NCBI GenBank assembly: GCA_000182565.2
Contig: KQ257454.1
DNA from: Spizellomyces punctatus DAOM BR117
Taxonomy: Eukaryota
DNA length: 64,000 bases
Direction: 5' to 3' (one strand)
Shown one piece after another: positions 1 to 11,990 of the stretch. The notes under the pieces were generated by a model. The model was not told where the DNA came from. It searched no databases and saw only the letters and a program-made list of their open reading frames with translations. A program made the position numbers and the translations under genes. Each line of letters begins with the position of its first letter. Position 1 is the stretch's first letter.

Positions 1-190
1 CGTAGGGTAAGAATGGGTTTCGCTTGTCGGCGACATAGCCATCTGGTTTCTTGGTAAGAGATGGTGCGAGGCGGATTTGGAATGCTATACCGTGCGTAGG
101 GTGGATGTGGAGTTGAGATGGTATGAAAAACAAATGAGACGATGCGAGGGCTTTCTCGAACGCTGTGGTGATCTTTTGGCCAAGTGACAT
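1..190 (-). CDS. ATP adenylyltransferase / Ap4A phosphorylase (Apa1/Apa2 family), N-terminal part, runs off the window
   Basis: Not in the ORF track. Manual translation from the ATG at 190 gives MSLGQKITTAFEKALASSHLFFIPSQ...FQIRLAPSLTKKPDGYVADKRNPFLPY. The A-L-A-S, F-x-I-R-x-A-P-x-L-x-K-K-P and NPFLPY motifs match the N-terminus of ATP adenylyltransferases. Confidence 0.75.
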   Translation of the reverse strand, partial: MSLGQKITTAFEKALASSHLFFIPSQLHIHPTHGIAFQIRLAPSLTKKPDGYVADKRNPFLPY

Positions 191-278
191 CTGGAGCAGA
201 TCTTACCCGCAGCGCGGAATCGACGGGACCCTGAAACTTCACAAAACAACAAACACGAGCGCGAATGACCTCATCCTT

Positions 279-292
279 GTTGACATGGCAAC
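279..292. promoter_or_regulatory. RFX X-box-like palindrome GTTGACATGGCAAC in a divergent promoter
   Basis: One mismatch to the perfect X-box GTTGCCATGGCAAC. Lies between divergent start codons at 190 (-) and 395 (+). Confidence 0.45.
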
Positions 293-394
293 ACCCGATG
301 TTGGAAGGCCAGATGACCTTTCCTTTGGGCTTGACTTTTCTTGACTTTGATTTTTGCAATCTCCCCCCATCTTTCACCAGTTGACAGCTACAAA

Positions 395-745
395 ATGGCC
401 CTCCCAATAGACCGAACTCAAATCCTCCGACTTTACCGACGTCTCCTTTCGTCCTCACGGTAAGAACCTGTTCTTGCATCCCATAAACACTGCCACCACA
501 ACAAAACTAAATTGTTCTTGCATACCAAAAGAACCCTCCGATACACAGACCAAGACTACTTTCGCTTCCGTATCCGAGAAGCATTTCGACAAAACCAGGA
601 TGTCACGGATTCGGCAAGACAGGAGCGACTTTTCAAGGTATGTTACTGGTGTCATGCTTGTTATTTTGGATTATGGGTGTTTATTGTTGAACTTTTTTAG
701 AGGGGCGTATTTATGTTGGAGAATGAGCGGGGTGGGTTGGTATAG
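395..745 (+). CDS. 71-aa LYR-motif protein, L0R8F8/AltMiD51 (MIEF1 uORF microprotein)-like mitoribosome assembly factor
   Basis: Exons 395-459, 532-637 and 701-745 are joined by GT-AG introns. Product: MALPIDRTQILRLYRRLLSSSRTLRYTDQDYFRFRIREAFRQNQDVTDSARQERLFKRGVFMLENERGGLV. It has the LYR motif, the LRYTD signature and the downstream F-R-x-N. Confidence 0.85.
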
Positions 746-1231
746 GTGTGCGCAAAGAATGTCTATGAGGATATCAAAAAGCATGGTTGAGAGCAACCAT
801 CGTTGGAGTGGAAATGGTGCTTTTCTGTGTATATTGGGACTTGGGCAATGTAAATAGGACTTGTTTTGTTTATGTGGAGTAGTTCATTGGTGGGTCTTTC
901 GTTGAGGCGGGACGGTTGCGAGTCTGCAACAAATGGCCATGTCATGTTTCTGTGATGTACAAAGAATCACACATGTATGATTGTTCTTTAAAAAAGCGGA
1001 TGCATTGTGGTAGATTCACCTCGTCATTGAATGCAAACCGTCTATCAGACGAATCAGATATACCATCATATCATAACCTTCATGCAATACCCAACATTTC
1101 AACGTTCCGGTATCCACAAAGCCCAATTTCATCCACACAGCAATTCTCATAGTTAAACGACACCTACTACCGACCCACCTCTTCGACGCTACTCGCCGAA
1201 GATGTATCCGAGGAACCCCCAGTAACCTTTC

Positions 1232-2601
1232 TCAAATGCGCTTCCCGCCCCATACGTATATCCACCTCATCAAAGATTTCCACACAGAGTCGAGCAGCTG
1301 CGGCTTGGGCCAAACCAAACATCAAGGGTCCAACCCAGGGTATCGAGAGACAGAACCAAAACGGGAGCGTAAAACCGGCAATGATGGGTTCGTTCCGAGC
1401 AAGCCAAGCTCTCCGCTGGATAAAAACACATCAGCACGCTTCAAAGAGATACATTAAAATAGAAACCAAAGAAGCACTACCTGACTAGAATTAAGCTGAG
1501 ACCGACACAAGTACGGTTCAACCAACTCCCGCTCTAGGGCTCTGAACCCCCATATTCCCCTCAACATCGGCCCCGTTACGAATTTCCACCAAGGCGGTGA
1601 AATCAGCCCCGCGGCACACATCCACGCCGCCCGATAAAACCCGACTGCGAATCCCAGATATGTAAATGTCGCTGCTGGCCAGGCTAGCAGCCCAAGAACA
1701 GGGACCAAAGACGCAATATAAATCACTGCGAGGATGATGATGCGTTTCGCGTATCGCTTGAGGTAGGAAAGGATCCGAAGTGTCCATGATCGTCGTCCTT
1801 GCTGTGTACTCACAGACCCAGTGAGCGCCGAAAAAGCCGATCGCTCCACAGGCATCGGTTCATCTAGCACCCTCGCAAATCGCATGACAAACCTCGCTTT
1901 GGCACTTGGTAATGCCAATTGAAGCGTCAATCCCCTCAACGCCTCAAAAAACAATCTATCCAGCGGCTCTGGCCATGCATATCGAAGTAAATACAACCCT
2001 GCATCAGGTGTAACAAATAGAAACCATTTGACTACCGCATCCACATTATCCATCATCCAATCAAGAATCCCCGTCACAGTCGGTCCAAAGACGGGTTTCA
2101 CAAAGGTTTCAGAAAAAATATGGAGAAGGCGGAATGGAAAGAATACAATATGCGTCGTCGCAAACAGGACGCCCGTGACGAGGATGAGATATCCAAAAGC
2201 CTTATACAGCGTCTTACGTGTCCGTGGTGTGCGAAGGGTGGAAATACAGCCCTGGTAAGCTAAATTGAGGCCATTTAAAATCGATGTTGCGGACCATTCG
2301 TGAACTTGGGGTGGGTAGAGGAGGGGAAGTGGTGAGGTGGGTGATAGGAGGGACTGGAAGTAGGCGACGACCTGAGGGAAAGGGATTGACGGTGGATGCA
2401 AAGTATTTGGAGGCGGAGATGTGCTTGGAGATGAGGGTGGGGGTGCAGGTTCGACGGTATCTCTATTATCGCCAGATTGCTGTTCTGTTGGGAAGAAAAC
2501 GTTTTAAGGTTCTAGTCTTTATACTTCCCATGCCGCCGTTTGTAGGGTGAATGAAGAATATCCCCCACATTGCCGTATCGACAAGGACGCCTACCTGGCA
2601 T
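1232..2601 (-). CDS. UsgS/EI24-like multi-pass transmembrane protein
   Basis: ORF 1454-2401 is extended by a probable 7-nt first coding exon (ATG CCA G at 2601, gtaggc donor) and a last exon RRAWLARNEPIIAGFTLPFW...GLAQAAAARL...RI* with stop at 1232. Several TM helices; motifs LD.LF...L and L.REL.EPY..R. Confidence 0.7.
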
Positions 2602-2927
2602 TTCTAACATGTCTAAAATACGTCTATAATTCAGTCCGTAGCCCTGATGGGGAAATGGCCTTTACCGTCGTTCGTCAAAAGAAATGGCCCAAAACCAACC
2701 CCCACACGACGAGATCACCCATTCGCCTCCTGTTTCCATATCAACAACTTGTCACACCCGGCAAAATTGGGAATAATTCTTTGCGTCCACCGAGTTTCGA
2801 ACCCTCTGTCTCGTCGCGCATGTGGCACAGCACTTTCGGACCTTTCAGCTTGTTTGCTTGGGGAGAGTTTTGACAGCTGTTGCAGGAAACCGCTGGATTG
2901 CAACCTCTCCGTACCCAGCCTCATTTT

Positions 2928-3027
2928 NNNNNNNNNNNNNNNNNNNNNNNNNNNNNNNNNNNNNNNNNNNNNNNNNNNNNNNNNNNNNNNNNNNNNNNNN
3001 NNNNNNNNNNNNNNNNNNNNNNNNNNN
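2928..3027. other. Assembly gap (100 N)
   Basis: Run of exactly 100 N, a typical placeholder for a gap of unknown size. Confidence 0.99.
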
Positions 3028-5068
3028 TTCTTGCTGATCCTGGCCAGCGGGTGTTACGCAAGAGGACGGGGGAGAATTTTGTGGGGAGGAGGGTGGAACA
3101 TTGTCGGGTTGTCCAGCTGGGTGTTTCGTTGTAGTCTGCGGTAAATTGCCAGAGGTTATGGCCCTGCTCGAGTGACCACACAAATTGTTGAACCAACCTT
3201 CATCACTACTCAGCGGCGACAAAATCCCTGGTCCAGTCTCGGGCTCGACATTCTCTCGCTCCTCTTCTCCCTCTCCAGCGTCACTTCCTTCCTCTTCGTC
3301 TTCATCCTCATTGGCTTCTTCTTCACCCTTTTGTCCCAAAGGATTCTCCCAGGTGACACGACCTTGTGGCAGGATGTAGGGAACATGGTGAACCCAGTTG
3401 GCTGGATCGATAAGCTGCTCTGGGGAGAGACTTTCGAATTCGGGGTTGATGATAATATTTTGGGGCTCTGATGGGTAATGTGAGCCAGGCAGAAAAGGTG
3501 GAACAAAGGGTATATTGACTTACGTGGATTTTCTTCATCCTCGTTCTCATCTTCTTGGTCAAATGTATAGTATCCGGACGGACTAACGACCGTTGCGGCG
3601 GAAATGCGCGCGATTTGACAGCGGAGATATTGAGCTTCGGTGTCGTTGAAGGGGGGGTAACTGACGATCTGTCAACACATTTTTAATACATTTCTGAAAG
3701 AATGTTACGGAATTTGCTTTTCTGAACAACTATCGGCACCTTGTGATTCAAGTCCCCGGTGAAAAACTTTCGAATTCGACGGGAAGCTTGGAGTTTCTCG
3801 GGGATGACGTCCGGAAGACGGGTCCAGGGGCCTCCAGCTGCATGGGTGAAGGGTTAGTCCTGTTCATCCACATTGATAGCCAAGAATCGGCATGTGCAAA
3901 AACAAACGACACGCACCGTAATTACAGACGTAATAAACGTATTTATTTACGCCAACCCTTTCCTCTCTCGGAAGCGGAATGACGGGCTTCTCTTTACGCT
4001 TGGGAACGTCCTCATCCTCCTCGGCTTCCTTCTTTTCTTCCGCATTTTCTTGCACCTCTTCTTCAACTTGAGGCGCATCCTCATCCACAGCACCTTCCTT
4101 CAATTCACCTTCAATGATGAGATAATTCGCTTTTGCACCCAGTATCTTGCCCCACAAACGGACGGACTGGAGGGGTTTACTCGTTACAAGACTCTTGAGG
4201 GAGAGAAAGAGCATGAACGTTTCTTCTTTCCCAAGGGAAACCTAGGTGAATTGTTTAACGCTGCCCAAATTTCTTGAATGTCTTTAACAAAATTGTGTTT
4301 ACCCCAGCCCATTCCCATAGATTGGAAAGGTCCATAATATCCGGAATTTCACCAAACGCTTCAGGATCCCCAGGTTCTTCCAAACCCGATTTCTGTAGTA
4401 ATATCAATGTTTACAACCAACTCCGTTGATTCACCTTTAAATACAGTCATACCTCAAACAGCTTGACTTGAGCCGCTCCAATTTCATTGGCAGGAGCAAC
4501 TTCTGACGCTTTCTTTTTGTTTTCACAGATTAATTGTCAAAAGGTGCTTGGAGATGCTTTAAGAACATTGTAGTCCACTTACTTGAAAAGCTCCTGGGGC
4601 ATTAGGCCGGTCCACCACAAAATGCGATCTCTTGATATCCGCAGAAAGAGTCTCAAAAGCATCTTTAAGTTTAACCAGCAGTTAATTAAATTTTCTAGTA
4701 GAAGGCTCGGAATCTTTGGCAACAGAAGGAAACCACCCACCAACTACATTCCCCGGTCTAGTCTCCAAAATCCTCACGATAACCTCGGTCAAATGGTCAT
4801 ATAGATTTAAATTGCTTTTCTCGCTCTGCGTCATCAAAAACGCCTTTGCGAGCGCCAGTTCGCTGCCTTCAGGAAGACGGGATGCAGGAGGTATGTAAAA
4901 GTCTTTGCGGTCTAGGAAGGGGTGTTGAGGTGGTGCAGCAGTTGTAGGTTCAGCAGGCGGGGTAGGCTGTGCTGGCTGCTCTTCCTTTTCGACTTCCTCT
5001 GGCGGGGCCGAGGGCGTGGGTTCCGGAATGGGCTCGGGAACGACGAGTTCGACAGGATCTTCCTCCAT
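3028..5068 (-). CDS. Flagellar radial spoke head protein (RSPH4A/RSPH6A/RSP4-6 family), multi-exon, C-terminus lost in the gap
   Basis: [34 protein letters not shown] (dimerisation N-terminus), [87 protein letters not shown]. Confidence 0.92.
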
Positions 5069-5726
5069 GATTTGGTGATTTCGAGTAGGAAGAGACAATT
5101 TCTCCTAGTTTCTCGTTCTCTCTTGCCAGAGTCGGTGTTGGTATAGATCTTTCAAGAGTTTGCTATTAATTAGTGTTGGATGACAGGTTGGGTAAGCAAT
5201 ACGCGCTCTTTCAAGCTCCGACCATCACTAATGATCGATCATGAACGCCAACATAAGTTGGGCATTTTCAATATGGTCTGCGAGTGAGATACATAAAGAA
5301 TTGGGAGCATATATCTCTGGATTCTGCGATACTTTGCATGAATTGGATAAAAGTGGAGTGCGTAGAATATACCGTCCAGGACAAAAGTCGAGATAATTTT
5401 CCTTACAGAATGAAGAGGCCCCACTAGTGAGATGAGTAATTAGCATTCTTGCCACAGTTATATACGACCGTCAATCTGTCGATTCATGGTCTGATTGGCA
5501 AGGGAGTTCACGCAAGTTGATATGCTGAACTGCCATTCAATGGACCACATGCCGCGACGACAGAAATTGTTAGTTGAAAACATTGCGCTTCTGTGCAAGT
5601 GATCAAACCTAGGTGCCGATACTACATATTTGGCACCCACAGTGTGTCGCAAAGCTAACAAATAAAAATATATATTGCATATAAAATAGCTCACACACAT
5701 ACTTTCATAACGAAACACATGATTCC

Positions 5727-6185
5727 TCAACGAAGAAGACCACCTTCCCGATAATATTCAACCACCTCCTTCACCTTTTCCGCTGCGGTCACACATACTC
5801 CCACAACGGTCTCAAGAGCATATCCAACCACATATTCACCCGTCTGCTTTCCATCATCGAACGCGCCTTTTACTTCAGGAGTTTGAATCCTGTCCAAGGC
5901 CCGCGTCAAGACATGTTCAGCGGATTTCGATGAACGAGTTGCGGGGGCTTCATCCCGTTTCTTTTCTTTTGGTGGTTGATGGCGGTGGATTTGGGTTTTA
6001 GGATTTTGACGCTGGGCATGAGTCGTCGCGTTTTTCCCAGTTAGAGTTGGGAGTGCGGAGAGACCCGTTTCCACTGGGGCTGGGTTGGGGTTCAGACCGT
6101 GTTGAGCGGCTTCAATGGGAGTTGGAAAGTCCGTTTGTGCGGTCGTTGAGAGTGGGGTTGGGTAGGTTGCCGTTGCCGTTGCCAT
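5727..6185 (-). CDS. Hypothetical 152-aa protein, single exon
   Basis: Clean ATG-initiated ORF with a Thr/Pro-rich N-terminus and an amphipathic C-terminal helix. A TATAAAA lies about 70 nt upstream (minus strand, about 6254-6260). No family recognised. Confidence 0.6.
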   Translation of the reverse strand: MATATATYPTPLSTTAQTDFPTPIEAAQHGLNPNPAPVETGLSALPTLTGKNATTHAQRQNPKTQIHRHQPPKEKKRDEAPATRSSKSAEHVLTRALDRIQTPEVKGAFDDGKQTGEYVVGYALETVVGVCVTAAEKVKEVVEYYREGGLLR

Positions 6186-6898
6186 CTGTTACTTTGGGTA
6201 TGTAATCGGTAACGATGTTGGGGGAAAGGATGATGAATCTTCAAACGTACGCCTTTTATAGAAACGGTGAGAGTCGTGTCCAAAGGGGAAAAAAGGGCCG
6301 AACCCAAGGGGAAGAAACCTCAGGTATTGGGAGGGCGGAATTTCAAGCGCGTGTGTGGCTTGGCGGATTTCGTAATGATTGCATGTGAAAGGGGTGAATG
6401 TTGACGGGCGTGTATTCGATTGGATTCTTAGCCCCTCGTCTTCATGCTGTCGAGGAGACGGCAGGAAGCGTCGAGAACGTCGAGAACATTTGGGGAAATG
6501 ATTGTATTGAAGAGTAGCGCAAAGAGTATTTGTACTGTGCAGGAGCAGCATGTCGTGGCGCGTCCAAAGGCACCCAGGGGACACTTCAGGGTGGTGCCAG
6601 ACTGACCTGCATGGCAAGCGTCCTGAGCACAGAAAGCCTTATGTGGAGTAAAATGATGCTTTTGTGCACTCAGGGCGTCTTTCTGTTGGTACATGTCGCC
6701 AGGGATGCAAATGTTCGACAGATACTTTGTTATTCATGTCAGAACAAAGGAGATTCAAGAATATACGCCTGGCATCTTTGAACCAATAGGATTTACCAAA
6801 TGTACAAAGTCAAAGACATGCTCGTGTCCCCCAGTAACCCGAATCTGACAACATGACATTTCACACCAGGCCACGTCGTTTCCGTATATCTCTATAGC

Positions 6899-9694
6899 TC
6901 ATGTCGGTGTCGAAGGATAATGATAACCATTTTGCATATAAAAGCACATGTATCTGCGGAACAACAAGATACAAGTTATAACGAATCATGATCGGAACTG
7001 CAGAAAAGAGTCATACCCAGTTCCTGCGGAGACATCAGACTGATTTGCAATCGTAACATTGTGATCGTCAAAGGCGAACCACTGGAACCATATTCTTAGT
7101 ATCTGAAAATCGGTTCCTGTAACTCTACCTGGATTTCATACCTGTCCTCGCTCTCGTGCATACGTGGTATAATGTCCCGTTTCCAATCGACCAGTATGAT
7201 TCACGACGGCGAACAGAGAATATTTGTAGGAGGGAATGCCATCCCTGAAATGAGCAGATAACCCATAAATACACAACAAAGTTCGCTAAGAGATTTCGCT
7301 TCAATTCTCACATTGAAGACTCTGCCAAGTTTCTGCTCGTCTTTTTAGTAGTTGCAGAACCAGGTCGTAGCTTGTGACGAAGCTTCATAGCTCGGGTGGT
7401 GTAAGGAGTCATGTCAAGCTCAGCTGGTACCCGGACAATAGTCTCAATCTTGGAAGAACTCGAGGACTTTGCTGAATGCTCAAAACGCTGACAAATATAC
7501 ATGTGAGCTGAGGTGCGCGCCAATACGTGGGTATATATTGCGAGGAAGATACCTTTAGCTGGATGCTCAATACTGGTGGCAGCTTTTTAATGGAAATTTG
7601 CTTCGTGGCTTCCTGTTATGATTTAATGGATTGGTCACTTGCCCCACACGGTGCGGTGCATAAACAGCCAGGATGTACCTTGCTTTCCTTGCAGTGACTA
7701 CAATTGTACTCGAGTTTCTCTGGGATAGTGAACCTGAGGCAAACGTACTAGTCAGCAGTGGATAAGCTTGGTTGACGAGAGAATGGGACAAACTACCTCT
7801 CCAAACATTCCCCCAGCGTACAGGTATCAAGGGGATCATGCATCTTGTGCTTCGCGCCTTTTTTCGCTTCTGAAGTCTCTTGCACTCCATTTGCCATCGG
7901 CTTGCGATTACGCGCATCAGATGCATGAACTGCTTGCACTACTTCGGCAGCAGCTGCAGCAAGTTTGGCAGCCGATTTTTTTGCGGTTCCATTTGTGACC
8001 CTTCCTGATCCCGGACGCCGCTTTACTTCGAGGGACATGTCAATGATTGGATCGTAGGCTGTGGAGACATTATGGCACGCTGAGCAGGTTACGTCTGATT
8101 GCAGTAATCCTGAGAAAGTTTGATGTATGACACAGCGGCATTCCTGGTCTTCCATGTCCTGGGCTAGATACAGAGTCAGTTTTGCATAGCTCTGTTGCCC
8201 TAACATTGGCGCTACGCACCTGCACAGTTGTTATGTATTTCATTCGCCAGCGAGATGAAGAATTCGTGCGCGTCCTGTTGTGAATATCCGGCCATATGTT
8301 TTTGCGACATCCACATGGCATTGAGAAACGCCGCAGGACCATATGGTTTTGTCTCCCCGCTATAAAACTGTATGGGCTCTTTCTGTGAGTAGCCATGCTC
8401 AGTCAAATCCCTAATTTCATGTAAAAACCAACCTCGTGAAACACAAGATCCATCTGGCATGCCATACAGTGCTGGTCCCGTTTGGGGCACAAGCTTCGGT
8501 TATGCCTGTCGCTCAGGAAATAGCATCTGAGCACTGGATTGTGTATCATCGCTTGAAGAATGGCGTTCATGAAGCACGTATTTCCCAGATTGTGGCAGCC
8601 TCGTAGTCCTATGCACGAGCCGCAGAGTTGGTAACGATGCGCATCATAGATGGTCATAGTCTCGCGCAACCAACCAGAGCATCTCTGTAGCTTGGATCCG
8701 CTCAGTATTGTTTGCACCTCCAGCGTGGAAGGAGTCCAATCGAAAAAGCGAAGCCGTTTGGCATTTGGCTCTGTGAAGTGATGGACTGTTGGCGATAAAT
8801 CTTATAATTCATCGTTCGATGTGCGCTCACCTTTGATTCTAGATATAATTCTATCCATTCGCTCTTGTTCCGAATGGAGTACACGCTCAAGATCTAGATC
8901 GTATACATAGTTCTTGCATTGGGAACAATATATATTCCCTGTCAACCAGTCCATAGCTAACGGTCGGATATAAACAAAAGTGTTGGCGTCAGTAAAATAA
9001 CACCCATTCTTTCATCAGCCCAAGCCTCACATACAATCACCGACAAACTCACCCAACGTATGCCCAGTCTGATTCATATGCTCCTGAATATGTCCACCGC
9101 GATAACATCCGATATAGACGCATCCCAAACATGCATGCAGTCTCGCGGTGGAGGACGTTGAATTGCATGTACCACAAATAGGCATTGGAAGCTAGTATTT
9201 TGACAATTCCGTATTGGAATGGCGAAAAAAACGGAACAAGTAAAATTGCGGGCAAGTTCGTCAGTTCCATTTGATCAAATGCCCAGATCGCTGCGTGTCG
9301 CCTTCCATACCTGCTCCACATAATGTATTTCCTTATCAATCCATCCCAAACTTCTCTTCCTCTTCTTTCCACCAGATGTAGGTGTCTCCTCATCATCCAA
9401 TCGGCACATAACTTTAAATTCTTTATTCTTCCTATTGATATGCAAATGCCCACGGTTGCGATACGACAGTGCATATCGGAAGCAGCTACGGTAATTACTG
9501 ATTAGTTCTTGTGCAGCTGGGGATAGATGATGTGGAGGGTAATGTGAGGATGCAGGCGGTGTTTTCACTGCGGCGAGATGCGGGCATCCATGGATATTGG
9601 CACCGTCGGGAGACCGGTGAAGGGCGTAGGGCGAGATGCAAAGGGGGTCTGGGCCTATATTAGGACGGCTTGGCTTTCTGGACCCTTTGGGCAT
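6899..9694 (-). CDS. UBP8: Ubiquitin-specific protease of the SAGA DUB module (Ubp8/USP22)
   Basis: zf-UBP domain (CGTC...[12 protein letters not shown]...HIQEH...H), Cys box [56 protein letters not shown], His box [14 protein letters not shown], final exon YMCFYMQ...*. Confidence 0.93.
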
Positions 9695-9820
9695 GGTAAT
9701 GTGCGAGGTATCTTGTAGATGGGAAGCAAAATGTGCCGTTTACAGTTGATGCCAAGGTCGGGTGCAGTTGGGAGATTCCTGCTTACGGTGCAGGTGGAAC
9801 TACGATGTCATCCCGTGTCT

Positions 9821-9834
9821 ATTTCCATGGCAAC
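9821..9834. promoter_or_regulatory. X-box-like element ATTTCCATGGCAAC in the UBP8/SLX9 divergent promoter
   Basis: Perfect ATGGCAAC half-site with a near-palindromic partner, inside the ~200-nt divergent intergenic region. Confidence 0.4.
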
Positions 9835-9895
9835 AAAATAGCCTTGCTCCCCCACCAGCAGGCGAGTTTGCACTTGCCAGATCTGCCACATCGAC

Positions 9896-10710
9896 ATGCC
9901 CAAATTCAAAAGAGAACGACAGCGGTTCCATGCCAAACCAGTGGACATGGGTGCATCTGCCATGATGGTAGATGCCCCTGTGGTTCACAATCCTGCCACC
10001 AATGAAGAACTCATCACCGTCCACAGAACCATGTCTGCTGTTCCCGCCTTGTCTGAAGCAGACATTTTCGGTGCTGTTGGAAAAGTACGTAACAGCCCGA
10101 TCTGTCCGTTCAAGGTCAATAGTTTCTTTTTTTGCTTACATCCTGCAAGTAGCCTGCGGACACTACAGGGCAGACCCAAAACGAGACTTTGGCTCGGACA
10201 GGAGAAACGGCTGATAACACAGTGCTTAAAAAGAAGGAAAGGCGACAACAGCGACATGAGCGCTGGCTGCAGAGTAAGCGGCGTTTTGATTATAATCCTC
10301 CTTGATTGCTCCATTAAGCAAAAGCGTAGAGCTCGGAAGTGTTTACATGTCCAAAACGTCATCCAAAAAGAAGAAGGGACAAAATGTCGGTACTTTGACA
10401 TTGGACACAATAAAGGATATCCTGCCATCTGTTCTGGAAGAAGAGTCTCCAAAAGCAAAGACCGATGTGGCCCGGAAGAAGAAGGCAAAGCCAGTTTCTC
10501 AAAGTGCACGACAAGCAGCCGCGTACGTGTGGGGTGTGCGACCGACTGATATACGTATGGGCACTCACAGCGGTTTTCTCGCTTTTCAGGGTTAGCGAAA
10601 TTGTAAGATTTCAAAAAGTTCTCCAGCATCCTACATTCAGAAACAACCCTATAGCGACCATTCGACAACATCTTCAGAACACTATTACACCCGATGGGAC
10701 GTCAGCGTAG
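9896..10710 (+). CDS. SLX9: Ribosome biogenesis protein SLX9/FAM207A family
   Basis: MPKFKRERQRFHAK start, KKKERRQQRHERWLQK, and C-terminal EIVRFQKVLQHPTFRNNPIATIRQHLQNT, the SLX9 signature. Three short introns. Confidence 0.85.
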
Positions 10711-11012
10711 CTGTCATGTTCACGCATTTATTTATTACCTTTTCTGTCCTCCGTCTTCTGTAACATGGGGTTTTTATGACCTCCCATCCAACCACCGTGC
10801 GTCTCTCAAACGTGTATATATATCAGTAGCTTTTACTTGACGTGAATATTATTATTTCTATATCGACGTTATGGTACATTTATGTGAAATTGAGTACATG
10901 CTCATGAGGTCGCTGGGGTTTCTGAAGTGTCTTTGAGGGAGTTCGTATTTGTGAACACTGATATTCCATGTACTCGTACGTTCGGGGAGGCAACAGGACA
11001 TGCAGAAGGAAA

Positions 11013-11789
11013 CTACTCGTAGTAACATCCAAACACGATTGCCACAGCAAAAAGCGTCGCCTGCAATTGAGAGAACATGAGACTTCCCTAAAATGGCATG
11101 CGAAATATACGTCCGATCGACTCACATTCTTGAAGGAGACAGAGGCATACGAATCCGTGGTGGTATCCCATAATGCGCGTGAGGCAACTCGAATACCTTG
11201 ACCCTTGAATTCACCGATTGTAACATCCACTACAAACTTGTAGCGCTCATAATCTAGTTCTACATATCCAATCAGCCCTTGACGATCATAGATGCGGTGT
11301 AGACGACTCAAGTAACATACTTTTCACGGCAGCAAGAATCTCATTCGAAATGGTTTGACACAATACGGGCACTTGTTCGCTGTCGTACTTCACTTTGGTC
11401 AAACTTTTTTGAAGGATTTCTTCTGTCAGTCTCCGGACTTGTCCACTTTGAAACCTGTATCCAAGAATGTCAATCAAAGCCCAAAGCACCGCCCATCTCC
11501 CATAGCAATGTCCATCATACTTTCTATCCGGCTTTGTCTTATAGGTATTCTCAAAGACTACGGCATTTACGGGTGGAACCTGCTCCTCCTGCATCGTCCC
11601 CCTGGTCAAATTCGTCCTCGAACCATGTCGAGATGCGAGAAGGTTGCTCCGCGATCCAAGAACTTGTCGCGAGCCGCGGAGGCCTGAACTGGGTGCTGTA
11701 CCTGGGGCACTGGCGTGAGTTGAATGCTGCTCACGGTTGCTTCCAGCAGAATGCGGAGGATTATCAGATGTCTCTTCGGCTGCGGGCAT
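11013..11789 (-). CDS. Tctex1-domain dynein light chain (TCTEX1D1/D2-like, ciliary)
   Basis: Spliced product contains FENTYKTKP, YDSEQVPVLCQTISNEI, RYKFVVDVTIGEFKGQGIRVASRALWDTTTDSYASVSFKN and LFAVAIVFGCYYE*. Confidence 0.9.
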
Positions 11790-11990
11790 ACTTGTAAATG
11801 TTTTTATTCTGAGAGTTAGGATGTGGATTAATGGAACCAGTTGCGAGCAAAAGCGTGTTCGGGCGATGCTTGCGTAAGGAGATGATATTGATTTATAGTC
11901 AATTTATAGTCATGACTCAGCATGATGACGATGTCGGCGATTTCCAGCTTTCTTACTTTCCACACTTCCAGCTTTTTCATACCGACAATC

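Noticed and set aside
2715-2924. ORF MRLGTERLQSSGFLQQLSKL..., faintly like the SRP14 N-terminus
   Set aside because: No downstream SRP14 motifs, and it lies in the presumed promoter of the UsgS-like gene next to a gap.
9985-10671. Long antisense ORFs (228 aa here; also 47382-48152, 25497-26171 and 17581-18171)
   Set aside because: Shadow frames of well-supported genes on the opposite strand, with no family motifs.
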